The position numbers and the translations under genes are program-made. Below the pieces are notes generated by a model, which ran no database searches, was not told the origin of the DNA, and was given only the letters and a program-made list of their open reading frames with translations. 64,000 nucleotides of DNA. It comes from Cetorhinus maximus (taxonomy: Eukaryota). This document shows, piece after piece, positions 47,300-59,950 of the stretch. Position 1 is the stretch's first letter. Every line of letters begins with the position of its first letter. The stretch lies in NCBI RefSeq assembly GCF_964194155.1, contig NC_135900.1:43276001-43340000 (forward strand), written 5' to 3'.

Positions 47300-48935
47300 T
47301 AATGGCAGTAGGAAAAAAAGGTCATAACTAACATTTAAGATATAAACAATCGATTTGGATTAACACAAAGGATAAGAAGGGATCGATAGAGTCAATAGAG
47401 ATAATGTGCAGACCACCTAATTTTGGAAGAGTACTGGAGGGATTAATATGTAGGCAAATCCATGAGATGAGTAAAGGATATCAAATAATGAAATATTTCA
47501 ACTCCCTCAAATAAACTGGCAAGAAGTAAGGAATGAAGTTTTATGGTTCATTTGGGATTCCTTTCTTACTTGTATATAAGCCCAAAAAGGGAGGAACCAC
47601 TACTGCAACTAGTAATAGGAAATGGGTCGGAGGAGATAATGGAAGCGTAGGGGAACATATAGGGGTTAGCAATCATAACATCATAGGCTTAAAGTAATGA
47701 TTTATGGGGTGAAATGGAATTAAGGAATGTAAACTGGAAAAAAAATTGACAGATGGAATACCACTGAGAAATATTTAAGAAAATTATGATAAAGTTCAAG
47801 AGAAATATATTCTGCTTAAAAAAAGCAACAACAAACTAGTCAATAAGGAAACGGTGGATGAATACAGCGATATGGGTAAAATTGAAACAAAAGTAAAAGG
47901 CATACATTTAACACGTAGACAATAAGTGTGAGGATGGCAAAATAGTACATGAAGATTTTAGGAAACAAGTCAAATAAAAAAATAAATAAGCAAAAGGCAA
48001 CTGAAAATTAAAACATCAAAGAATATGAAAAGAAATAAAGTATTCCACAGGCACGTCAGTAACAGAAAAAATAAGGACAGAGGGCCACAAAAGGATATAC
48101 AAGATAAACTCTCAGGTAATGACAGTGAAATGGCAGAAATATTGAATACTTCACCTCAGTATTTGCTGGGAAAACTAACAAGGTGTTCATGACATTAGAA
48201 GAAGAAACCAAGATGATATAAAGGCACTTAAGATAGAAGAGGAGTGATAATTGCTAAATGTATCAAATGCGATGTCTGGATGGATTGCATCCACATTTAT
48301 TAAGTGCTATGGAAGAGAGAGCCCAGAAAGCAATACACAGAAAAGGAATAGTGCCAGATGACCAGTGGACAGCTACTTTACCTACTTCGGCATCCATCCA
48401 TCTCAAGAGACGATGGACTGCACATAAGATGTATGTTACTTCTGTAATGAATGTGGTCTGTGGCTGTAGAGGCTGATTCGTGAGTGGCAGACCTTTCCGC
48501 AGCTGGCACAGATGAATAGCGTTGACCTGGGGTCAACTGATGTATTTTTATTTCTTTCCGGTCGGCTCTCTTTTACCACTATTGTTCCTATATTTTAAAA
48601 GGGCCATAGAGCAAATGCAGGGAACTATAGAAGTTAGTTTAATGTCAGTGGTAGAAAAATAAATATAAGATGGTCATTAATAAATCCAATAAGAAATTCA
48701 GGAAAAACTTCTTTACCCAAACAGTGGTTAAAATGTGGGACTGGCTATCACAAGGAGTAGTTGAAGCAGTTAGGGGGATTTTAAGGGGAAACTGAATAAG
48801 TACATGAAGGAGAAAGGAATAAAAGGGTAAGCTGGTGAGGTTAAATGAAGTAGGGTGTGATGAGGCTTGTGGAGAAATATCACCAGCATAGATCAGTTGG
48901 ACTGGCTGGCCTGTTCCTGTGCTGTACACTTGATG
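47300..48935 (+). mobile_element. Old CR1 fragments
   Basis: YRPPN, EMAEILN, GLHP, NYR.VSL.SVV and CR1 3' tail remnants. Confidence 0.65.
48378..48580 (-). mobile_element. RTE-clade LINE 3' end nested in CR1
   Basis: Minus strand CASCGKVCHSRISLYSHR zinc finger and ccatcgtctcttgagatggatggatgcc 3' UTR. Confidence 0.7.
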
Positions 48936-49505
48936 TAATTCTGTGATATCATTCCAATTGTTGAAAGGTTTGCTATCGCATTCAGATGAGGTGGGAGAAA
49001 AATAAAAGAAAAAATGAGCAATTGTTACTCCAGTTTCTTTTAAACTTCTCTTTATGGAGCTTGTTTTGGTGTTACAAATGAAATATTAGCAGAATAATAA
49101 AGAATTGACACCACATTAAGCAACAAGTGAGTCAATCATTTCTAATGTTAGACAGTTTGTTTATTTGCCATTTATAAATGTACAACATCTTTAACTTCCT
49201 GCCCAAAACTAACTTTCTATGTTGTGTATTCTTTTATTAAATAACTAATTTTAATTGTCATAAATTGTGAAATGACTACAGTAGACATAAAATGATGTGA
49301 CTATTATGATAGTAAGGTAGGATCTGTAGATGTATTATGAATTGTACCAGGTTCTGCAATATTATTTTTGAGGCACAGGATATATGTTCCTTAATCTGGC
49401 AAAGAAAAAAATGCAGCTGAATTTTGTGCATCTCTTTCTATATGCAGCAAGTTATAGTTTTACAGCTCTGATTTTAAATTTCCAAACTGTTCTTTTGTTT
49501 TACAG

Positions 49506-49995
49506 TTCTGATACTGAATTCAACATCAGTTTAAATGGGAAAGATGTTCTTACTGATGACCAGCAAGCCATAAAATCCATAGGAATAGTCTCTGGGGATT
49601 TGATCTGCTTAATTCTGCCAGATTCATTTGTCTCAACCTCTGGATCATTGTCAGAGTTAAATGTTACGGAACAACCATCATGTTCAAATATTGCTCAAAA
49701 CCAGGGTATTGTGAATGGTGGGAATAGACTTGAGTCTGCTCATGAGATTGCCCCTGATGCGTATCAGCAGTCTGAAGTAAACGTCCAGAATTCTTCATCT
49801 GACGAGATGTCCATGGCATTTGAAGAAACCACAGCAAAATATCCATATGAGCCAATGCTGTGCAGTGAAGCAGTTGATGGAATGGTACCACATTCATTAG
49901 AAATATTGTATCGTTCTGCTGAGTGCACCAGCCCAAAAGACGCTCTGATTGTAGTGCTTCATCTCCTCATGCTGGAGGCAGGATACATTCCACAG
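49506..49995 (+). CDS. FBXO7: FBXO7 second coding exon (SDTEFNISLNGKD...GIVSGDLICLIL...EPMLCSEAVDGMVPHSLEILY...LMLEAGYIPQ)
   Basis: Acceptor TTTTACAG|T, donor CAG|GTAAAC; 490 nt, in phase with the previous exon; Ubl end, CDK6-binding region and start of the FP domain. Confidence 0.92.
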
Positions 49996-50256
49996 GTAAA
50001 CAATCTAGAGTGACATGGAATTCAATAATTGACCATATATACTGTGCAAACAGCATTGATGTCCAAACTTCTGGAGCAGTTGATCCAATAAAAATGAATT
50101 TGCTTTCTAATCGACAGAATCATGACCCTGTCTCCCTTTCGGCAAAAATGTCCTATATCTGCTGTTTTCTAGCAGTGTATTTGGTTCGCAAGCTGACCTC
50201 TTCTTCCATTTTCCTCCGTTTTGAACCAACCTAAAAGTTAGTTTTCTAGTATCCTT

Positions 50257-50510
50257 GTAAAAGATCCACCAGCATAATTCAAAGAGTAGATGCCTTCTCC
50301 CAGTGTCCTAGCCAACATTTATCCCTAAATCATGGCCCCCAAAAACAGATTCATTGGTCATTTAGCTTTTTGCTATTTGCAAATTGGCTGCTACATTTGT
50401 CTACAAAACAACAGTAACTGCACAGCAGAAGCAATTAATTGGCTGAAAAGGGTTTAGGGTGTTATGAGGACATGTACTTTGTAATGCTTTATAATGCAAA
50501 TTTGTTCTTT
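50257..50510 (+). mobile_element. DeuSINE 3' part
   Basis: GTAAAAGATCC...GTGTCCTAGCCAACATTTATCCC...AAATTGGCTGC...AATGCAAATTTGTTCTTT. Confidence 0.75.
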
Positions 50511-50559
50511 ATGTTTTCACATAAAATACCTTTAATATGAAGAATGGCTTCTCAGACAA

Positions 50560-50850
50560 GCCAATGACTGTTCACAAAACTGCAACTTTTTTGTACTAAC
50601 AATATCTCACAAACAACATGGATGAATGCCCAGTTAGGTTTTTTTGGTGACATTAGTTGAGGGAAGAATGTTGGCCAGGACAAAAACATATCTCCCAGCT
50701 CCTCTTCAAATTGTCACTGGATGTTTAATATCCACATAAACTACTGGGAGGTGCAAATGGGGCCACACTGGCGACTTATTTGCAGGGCAACAGCTCCAAC
50801 CCTGCATCCCCTCTTCTGAACTGCGTGGTTAGTCTAGATTATGAATTTAA
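50560..50850 (-). mobile_element. DeuSINE fragment
   Basis: gttgagggaagaatgttggccaggaca...ctcctcttcaaa is the reverse complement of the Deu domain. Confidence 0.65.
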
Positions 50851-51164
50851 GTTCACAAGCTTCTTCCCAATTGAACAGAGACCCGAGAGTGTACGTACTC
50901 AAATCTTTGAAGCTGGCCAGGCAAATTGAGAAGGCTGTTAATAAAGCCAAGAGGAACAGAGTACAAAAACAAGGAAATTATTTTAAACTTTTATAAAGCG
51001 CTGTTTAGGCCTCAGATGGGGTACTGTGTACAATTCTAGGCACCAATCTTTGAAGATGTCAAGGCCTTTGGAGAGGGTGCAGAAGAACTGTATGAGAGTA
51101 TTACCAGTAATGAAAGAGTTCGGTTATGTGCAGAAACTGAAGAAGGCCAGGTTGTTCTCCTTAG

Positions 51165-51815
51165 TTTTTTTTATTTCTGTGGCTGGAGAAGCAGTTATAA
51201 TCTGACGTTGAGGTTAACAATCCATTCAACAGCTAATACAGTGTGAATGGTTGTGATGCCACCACGATCGGATCTCTCTCGCACAATTTCAGTATTTGGG
51301 CGATGGTCTGACTTGGAAGTCCATAGTCACAATTTTGAGATGTTCCTCATGTTCCACCTATGGAGCAAGTGACCACATCTTCCCTACCCTGTCCTCAACT
51401 GGTTGAGGGTTATCCAAATTTTCTGTTGAAGGCTGAAACCTAGAACTTTTTAACATTCGAGTCAGTTACCGGGTTGTGGTTGGTGATGTTTTCAGTCAAC
51501 CAGGAGGTGTGCCATCAAGAGGTAGGGCAGTCACCAGCTTGTAGGGTGCAAAGTGTGTTCTAGTTGGGACTGCAGGATTTCAGATGAACGTGTGGGTATT
51601 TTTTGAGGCCTTTGTCAATGGGAGTGCTTTGTTAGCTATCAGCTGGTGGTGTTTGAGGAAGATATTTTCCTGGCAGATAACAGGAGGTTCAATATGTGCT
51701 GATGTAGGAAGCCACTCGAGCTGTGTTGACCTGAACGTCCCAGAAATAATCCTCGTGACTTCCTGGAGGTAGAGAACTACCACATTTTTGTGGTGGCTTC
51801 TGAGCCATGTTGAAC
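51165..51815 (-). mobile_element. Vingi/Ingi-like LINE 3' fragment inserted in a CR1 fragment (50880-51990)
   Basis: RIISGTFRSTQLEWLP..AHIEPP and IWITLNQLRTG.GRC motifs typical of Ingi/Vingi C-termini. Confidence 0.65.
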
Positions 51816-53029
51816 AGCAGAGGTTAAAAGAAGATTTGATAGAGGTGTTCAAAGTTATGAAAGGTTTTGTTAGAGTAAATAGAGAAACTGGTTTTAGTAG
51901 ACATGAGGAAACATTTTCTTATACAACAAATTGTGATCTGGAATATAGTGCCTGAAAGTGGTGGAAGCAGATTTAATATAGGAATCCCCTGTTTTATAGC
52001 ATGTTCTAATTGTTTTCATTTTAGCAGGATTTGTAAATTAGGGACATTCCTGGACAGTGCTGTCTCCATTCTTGTTTTAGCATGGTTACTGCACATGCTC
52101 GGTCTTCCCTGTCCTGCTCCCTCCCTCTCACTTCTCTCTCCCACTCCCTCCTCCTTGCTGCTTCCCTCTCTCAACTGCCTCCCAAACCTACCCCCACCAG
52201 TTATAACCCTGAGCTGCCGCTTTCCTCTCTTCCCCCACCGTGATTGCCTTCCCTCATCTGAGCCCTTGCTGGGAGCAAGAGGGGCAACAAGTGGGAGGGT
52301 GGGAGACTAAGTATCACGAAAAAGCAAGTTACTGCAGAACGGTCAAAGCTTGTTCCACTAGATGGAGCAGTTGATCACAAAAAGTTTACTCTGATCTTTT
52401 CAAACAATTTTTTTAGTCTAGTGCAGAATTCAAATGGAATACCATTAAAGATAGCTTTATCAATTAAATCTTCAGATTTATGATTTGCATGAGACTTTAA
52501 GACCCACAGGATAAGACAAGGTTCTTCAGATAGTGAATTCAAAGAAGTTTAAGAGAATTATAAATTAATATAGAGTTGTAATGCACAATTAGTTGAGTCT
52601 AATGTATAAGAACCATACATCCATACAAATAAGCCTCTTCTGTTTTAATATACAGGGCACACCTGTATTCAAAATCATTTGCCATCTTTTTTTTCTACAC
52701 CTAGACTAATTTATAACAAAATAACCCAAAAAAGAAACAAGGATACTTATGTCTAACAGGCTTTCATGACTTTCGACCTTCCTCCATTCGAACAAGTATC
52801 CTTCAGTCAAAACATGGCTAGCTAGCGGTGTGTTTTTAGAGATGGGGTTTATAACCCCCTAGGGAAGGCTCAAGACCTTTCCTCTTCATGTGTTAATGGG
52901 GTCTTGTCACCCTTTGGCTGACATTCTTTAATTTAGCTTAATTGGTCTTGGCCTTTGAACAGCTCATTGTTCTATTATCAAAATTAATTACAAACAAAGT
53001 GTTTTCTTAGTCTGATTTCGGAATTTTAA

Positions 53030-54150
53030 AAATTCATTTAAGGGGTGTAGGCTTCACTGGCTAGGCCAGCATTGAAAGCCCATCCCTAATTGTCCTTGAG
53101 AATGTGGTGCTGAGCTGCCTTCTTGAACTGCTGCAGCCCATGTGGTGTAGATACATCCACAGTGTAGTTAGGGAGGGAGTTCCACGATTTTGCCCCAGCA
53201 ACGGTGAAGGAACAGCGATATATTTCCAAGTCAGGATGGTGAGTGGCTTGGAGGGGAACTTCCAGGTGGTGATGTTCCCATGAGTCTGCTGCCCTTGTCC
53301 TTCTAGATGGTAGTGGTCATGGGTTTGGAAGTTGCTGGTCTATGGAAGGTCTGAGGAGCTTTGGTGAGTTTCTGCTGTGCATCTTGTAGATGGTACACAC
53401 TTTTGCTACTGTGCATCGGTAGTGAATGTTAGATTTTCTTGTTGGAGGTGGTCATTGCCTGACTCTTGTGTGGTGCTAATATTACTCGCCACTTGTCAGC
53501 CCAAATCTGGATTTTGTAAAGGCCTTGTTGCATTTGCACATGGACTGCTTCAGTACCTGAGCAGTCGTGAATGGTGCTGAACATTGTGCAGTCATCAGCG
53601 AACAAACCCACTCCTGACCTTATGATGGAAGGAAGGTCTTTGATGAAGCAGCTGAAGATGGTTGGGCCGAGGACACTACCCTGAGGAACTCCTGCAGTGA
53701 TGTCCTGGAGCTGAGATGACTGACTTCCAACAATTACAACCATCTTCCTTTCTGCTGTGTGTGACTCCAACCAGTGGAGAGCTTTCCCCCTAATTCCCAT
53801 TGATTCCAGTTTTGCTAGGACTCCTTGATGCCGCACTCGATCAAATGTCAAGGGCAGTCACTCTCACCTCACCTCGGGAGTTTAGTTCTTTTGTCCATGT
53901 TTGAACCAAGGCTGTAATGAGGTCAGGAGCTGAGCGGCCCTGGCGGAACCCAAGCGGAGCATCAGTGAGCAGGTTATTGCTAACCAAGTGCTGCTTGTTA
54001 GCACTTACTGATGATGGAGAGTAGACTTGATGGGGCTGTAATTGGCTGGGTTGGACTGGGCAATTTTCCACATTGCTGAGTAGATATTAATGTTGTAGCT
54101 GTAGTGGAACAGCTTAGCTAGGGGCTTGGAGCACAAGTCTTCAGTACTAT
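53030..54150 (-). mobile_element. 5'-truncated copy of the tRNA-headed LINE family (RT domain + 3' tail)
   Basis: 3' tail nearly identical to 5405-5690; FDRV.HQG...AGVPQGSVLGPTIF..FI.DL...LFADD. Confidence 0.88.
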
Positions 54151-54329
54151 TGCAGTCTACATATAATTTGTATAAACTTTGGTTTTGAGGTTGGTTACTG
54201 TCCTTTTATCTAATTGTTACATTTTAGTGCATTTTTTGCAGCCATTTTGTGCCTCCATTTAAACTTAATGTCAGAAAATGAAAAAAAGACATGTCTAAAC
54301 TTTCCATCTTGCACTGACCAGGACACTTC

Positions 54330-55470
54330 AAGAATACCAATATAAGGAGAAAACAATTTATACTGCATGTGAAGAGAGTGCTGATTGGTTGGAAGTGGAC
54401 TCTGATTGGCAGAGGTGTTGCCATGGAGAATGTGCCAGTGATGGTGACTGACAGTCAAATGTCAAGCGTTGTTTTAAATTTCAGGCAGCTAGCTTGACCC
54501 TGATTGGTCAAGGCATTGCCCTGAGGAATGAGTCAGCAAATGGCTGTCAGTTATTTTGTTTAGCTGAAACAGGCGCAGTATATGTACATGTTCTTTCTGC
54601 CTGCAAAGAACAGGGCCCTGTGTAGCTTCCAGTACACAAATGTGCCACATTGCGAGCCTAACTGACTATCTTAAATTGGTTGTCAGCATAATTGTCAGCA
54701 TTGAGGATTATTTAGCAAATGTCATCCAATCATGGAATCACAACTAATGTTGGACACTATTTTGAGGTTTGCAAGAATGGGCTGGTTGAGTGTGGTCTGT
54801 ACCTTGCCCTTTGCAAACAGTGGCTGGGACATGCTGTTTGATATGATCCGCCAGTCTTTGGAACATACAGCCTACATACCTAGCATCACATTGGCACTCA
54901 TTTGTGTGATAGGCAGAACGCCTTTTTGGCTTGACGGCAGCATCCTGTTAGTGACAAATACCACTCGTGTTGCTATTGCATAGTAGCAGTGTGAAACGGC
55001 TAGTTTTATCTGTTGCTCATATTTTGCCCTTCCAGGATAATCTGGGGTAGACTGGGCACTTTTCAGGGCCGAAAGTGACGGTCTTAGGCCTGTTCATGAG
55101 TTTGCGTGACATAGTGCGAAACGATCTGATGAGAGTAGCCATTATCCTGCAGGATGCCGTTGCGACCTATTTCAGCATCGAGCTTGCACGGTGAGTAAAT
55201 GGCTCGGACCCTATTTACAAGGTTGCCGATAAGACCAATCTTGCAGCATGTGGAACTGTAAGAATCCCAACGTGTATATTGACCAGGGAAGGTCGGCTTG
55301 TGGCAGAGAACTCCCTGGCAGATTTCTCAACTGATATGTCAAGGAAAGGGTGTTCATTTGACTGCTCCATTTCAAAGACGAATTTGAGTGCAGGATGGAG
55401 CCTGTTACAATACGTAAGGAAATTGTTGCATGCAGCTACAGATTTAAATATAGCAAATATCATCCACATA
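54330..55470 (-). mobile_element. Penelope-like element, second family, degenerate
   Basis: LHPALKF.FEME....PFLDI (RT thumb); DARYVG...QRLADHIKQHV (GIY-YIG). Confidence 0.75.
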
Positions 55471-55479
55471 TGGGAAATA

Positions 55480-58400
55480 TATATTTGGCCAATTCATGAT
55501 GTGCAGAACTGGTCATAGATATGATGGGGCATAAAGGCACATCAATTTTGTTTGTCTTGGGCAGCTATTACATACGGGACATATAGAGGAGTTAACCAAA
55601 TTCTTTACAAGATATGGATTACCAAAAGAAATACAGTCTGATCAGGGTTCAAATTTCATGTATCAGCTGTTTAAAGAAGTAATGAACAGCCTAGGAATAA
55701 AGCAATTTAGGTCATCAGCCTATCACCCCGAATCACAAGGTGCCTTAGAAAGGTGGCATCAGACTTTAAAGACTATGATTAGAGCATATAGTCAAGACTG
55801 TCTACATGATTGAGATCAAGAAGTTCCATTCTTGTTGTTTGCTGTTAGGGGCGTCCCTAATGGGTCAACAGGATTCTGTCCTTTCGAGTTAATTTATGGT
55901 TGAGAAATACGGGGACCACTCAAACTGATTCAGGATAAATTAGTGAGTCAAAGTTCTGAAACAAATCTCCTGGGCTATGTGACAAAATTCGGAGAGAGAT
56001 TAAGTAAGGCATGTGAGTTAGCTAGAAAAAAATTAAAGATATCTTGACATGTGATGAAGGAAAAGGCAGATAAAAGGGTTAGTTTTGTGGCTGGAGAAAA
56101 AGTGTTAGTATTGTTGCCGGTGTCAGACGAACTGTTTGAAGGCAAGATATAATGGACCTTACCATGTTGAAAAGAGACTGAGTGAGGTAAGCTGGGTAGT
56201 AGATCCCCCAGGTAGGAGGAAAAGTCAGTGAGTGTGCCATATAAATATGCTCAAAAATACTTTGACAGAGAAGATAAACAGGAGGTGGTACTAGTAGTTG
56301 TAAGTAAGGAAAGGGGGGGTTAGAAATTAAGGGTCCTGAAATCAACCTCCTTCTGATTAAATTGGACAATGAGGAAGGCTTAAAAATCTAAATGTGATGT
56401 TAGATTACATTCCAGAAAAGATTTGGAGCGATTTAAGTCTCACAAAGCAATTTGTGGAAATAGACCAGGAAAATTGGATTTAGCTATACATGATGTTGAG
56501 GTGAGGAATTTTGGTTCAATAAGGCAACATCCATATAGTTTAAATCTAGTAAAATTAGCCCCAGTGGGGAAAGAAATTGAAATTATGCTTCAAAACGACA
56601 TCATAGAGCCCAGGCACAGAAATTGGAGTTCACACATGCCAAAACCGGATGGATCACAAAGACTGTTGATTACCGAAAAGTGAATGCATTAACAAAAACA
56701 GATTCATATCCTATTCCATGATTGGAAGATTGTGTCGAAAGTGTGACAGTCAATGTTTACCATAAAAATTAACTTACTGCGAGGATATTGGGAAGTACCC
56801 TTACCGGAAAGGGCAAAAGGGATATCGGCTTTTATAAACCGGATGGTCTATATCAATGCAAAGTAATGCCCTTTGGTATGAAAAATGCACCAGCAACATT
56901 TCAGAGACAAACAAACAAAGTGATTGAGGGACTGAGCAATTGTGCTGTTTATATTGATGATTTAATAGTATTCAGTCAAACGTGGGAGCAACAATTAAAG
57001 GAACTGTTTAGTCAACTGCAGGAAGCCAGTTTGGTTGTAAATTTGGCTAAAGGTGAATTTGCAAAAACACAAGTTACAAATTTAGGCCAGACTGTTGGAC
57101 ATGGTCAAGTGGCTCCATGAGGTGCAAAAGTAAAAGCTATTGTGGAATTCCCAGTGTCTAAAACAAAATGGGAAGTTTTGAGATTTCTAGGCATAGGTGG
57201 GTTTAATCAGAAATTCATGCCAAACTTCAGCAGCGTAGTTGCTCCACTGACTGGATTATTAAAAAAGAACAGAAAATGGACACAGGGATGTCAGGATGAA
57301 TTTGATGGCTTGAAAGCTGTACTATCAGCACCTGATTATTCAAAGCAGTTTAAGTTGGTTATTAATAGCAGTGATATGGGTGTTGGCGCTGTATTGCTAC
57401 AAGATGAACTAGGAATTGAGAAACCAGTAGGATATTTCTCATAGAAGCTGAATGTACACCAGAAGAAATATTCAACTATAGGGAAAGAGACTTTGAGTTA
57501 GGTGTTGACTTTGCAGTGTTTTGAAGTATCTGTTGTAAACAACTCTTCAGAGACAGTTGTATATACTGATCATAATCCTTTCAAGTTTCTGGAAAAGTTT
57601 CCTACAAAAACGCAGGACTGTTTCGGTGGAGTTTATTATTGCAATCGTTGAATTTACAAATTACAAATGTGGCTGGATGAGAAAATTTGCTGCAGGTGTG
57701 CTGTCAAGAATTTAATTCTGAAGAACTTGGATATTGGCAAATGGAGAATGGACTGGAATGAACTCTATTTTTACAAAAGACTTGTGTATAGTTTCATGGT
57801 TAATGCATGTACACTATGGTGTAATAGTTTTGTGTGTATAGTTAAATGTAAAGAATAAGAAATGGGTGAAAAACGAAACCATCTTTTTGGAATTATGGTT
57901 CAGTTTTTTGATAAGGGAGGTGTGAGAAATGGATGTTCTTTATAGTTTTGGGGAATGTTGTGCTATTCTGTGAGAAGGCTGTGCGCGTTTGTGTATGTGT
58001 GTATGATTCAATTAATCTGGGAAGAAATTAACAGGAGACAGGTTGTCTGGGGGGTTGGAAACATCAAAAAGATAGAGATATTAGGTTTGAGGTATAAGTA
58101 AGCAGGTTTGGTCTCACGTTTGCATTTTTAGATAAGTTGAGAGTTTGAAGTGGAGTCGGAGGTCACAAGAAACATGTTTGCATCTTGCAGGAATTCAATA
58201 GGTTAATATGGAGGCGGGGTGGGGGTGGGGGGCTATTATATTTTCTTGACCTGATAGCAAAGTCAAGATGGAAACATGAAAGATCTTGTATTTGGAAGGA
58301 TTAGTGTTTCAAAGAGGTGTGAGAACAATAGAACAGGAGATGAAATGAGGGATGGGGGGGTGGGGAAGGTATTTTAGATTTAACGTGGAGAGCTTAGGTG

Positions 58401-58979
58401 GGCTGTAGCTGTTTGAGATATACGGCTATTGAGCTGGAGATGAGATGTAGCAGCTGAAGCTTTGGCTGAGAGAAGATGCAGTTTGAATCAACCATCCAGC
58501 CAAACCAAAAAAGTCTTGGGCTGCAAAGTGCAGTTTTATTCTGAAGTTTGGATTTTCACAGCAGAGTGGAAGAGTGTTACAGGTCATGTGGTATACCTTT
58601 GTTGAAACTACAACAGTTTACCTTGGGTAACATTACTGAATTTTTTCTATAGCTAAACATCGAATAAGGGAATGTTGCCTGGAAGGTGTTTTACTTGCGG
58701 GTCTGACCAAGTAGAGTGTCTTTTTGGGGGAATGTTTTGTAAGACTAAGTTTAACTGTATACCTGTAATCTTGTGTGTTTCAGTTTTCTTTATTCTTGTT
58801 AATAAAACTTCTACTTTTAATTTTAAAACTCCCAACAGTATTATTAGGTGACTTACTGCTGAGATCGGCATGTCCCTTTCTTGGTTTCAGAATACAAAAA
58901 AAAGGGTATGGCCCATAAGCCAAGCTTTTCCTCTGGGATTTGGTTTGCAGAGCAATTAATATTGGCTATGGTCATAACA
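55480..58979 (+). mobile_element. Gmr1-type Gypsy LTR retrotransposon, 5'-truncated (INT-RT-RNaseH, PPT, 3' LTR 57921-58979)
   Basis: Integrase FFTRYGLPKEIQSDQGSNF / AYHPESQGALERWHQTLK (55590-55790) lies upstream of RT PFGMKNAPATFQR / YIDD and RNase H; PPT AAGGGAGG then TG...CA LTR. Confidence 0.88.
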
Positions 58980-59444
58980 CTGGTTACCACAGACACCATT
59001 CATATATTAAGTGAAGACAACCATTACTCTACAGGAATGTATGGCAGAATCTGGCTAGTTCCCTTCTCATTTCCACCCTTGAGTGTTGGCTGGCTCAAGG
59101 CTTGGTGAAGGGTAACTTACCCTGTGACCAACATAAAAGTTTTAAGCTACCAATTAAGATGGACTACATTGCAGTACTGCTGGCTGTTTCATGGAATGGT
59201 AATATGTGGTGCATCTATTGTTAGACACATGGCAAGTCCCCAGCCACGAGCGTAAAATGTGCAGAGATGACAAAACCTTACCTGAAGGAATAGTCACCCA
59301 GGTCACTCTTGCACACCACCCTCCTATACCGGTTGAGGCTGGAGCATGTGTCACTTGCTCACCACCTTAGCTAGAACTTTTGCTAGGAACTCGGAAGGGA
59401 ATGAAAATAACTTGCAAAAAAATTATCCTTGTGTATTTTTGTAG

Positions 59445-59586
59445 GGTACCGGACTGAAGGGTTCCCAAATGCCTGAGAAATGGAAGAACGAAGGTCTCTA
59501 TAGACTACAGTACAGTCACTTCCTGTGTGAAGATGGGTCTGCTACTCTCTCTTGCGTCCCAATGGGAAATCTGGTTGTAGTCAATG
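59445..59586 (+). CDS. FBXO7: FBXO7 third coding exon ([47 protein letters not shown]), FP domain
   Basis: Acceptor TTTTTGTAG|GGT, donor G|GTAATG; 142 nt; MPEKWK and CVPxGNL motifs of FBXO7. Confidence 0.93.
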
Positions 59587-59950
59587 GTAATGCATGATAG
59601 CTCTTTGGAAAGAGCGCATATCATTTATTTGCCCGATGTCATGTATTGTTTTACCTTGTATGACCTTATCTTGTATGGCTGGGATATACACACACACATG
59701 TTTAGATGATTAAAGTCTTATTCTCATTTTGTTGCAAATCAGCCTCCCTTTTGCCTCTTGCTTTACCTACTTGCTATGAAACATTACAATTTGCTTCTTG
59801 ATTCTGGTCTTTAGAATATAAGGGTTGTACAATGTATGCTTCAGTAAAGGCCTAGTCCCCGGAGTGAGAACAGTCTGATACTGAAGAAACTGGGGTAGCT
59901 GCTACCCCAACAACCCCTTCCCATACGGTAGAATTATGCAATGGGTACGT

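Noticed and set aside
49384-49505. N-terminal extension of the FBXO7 ORF (MFLNLAKK...)
   Set aside because: Intronic read-through upstream of the acceptor at 49505; the true N-terminus is in the 39832 exon.
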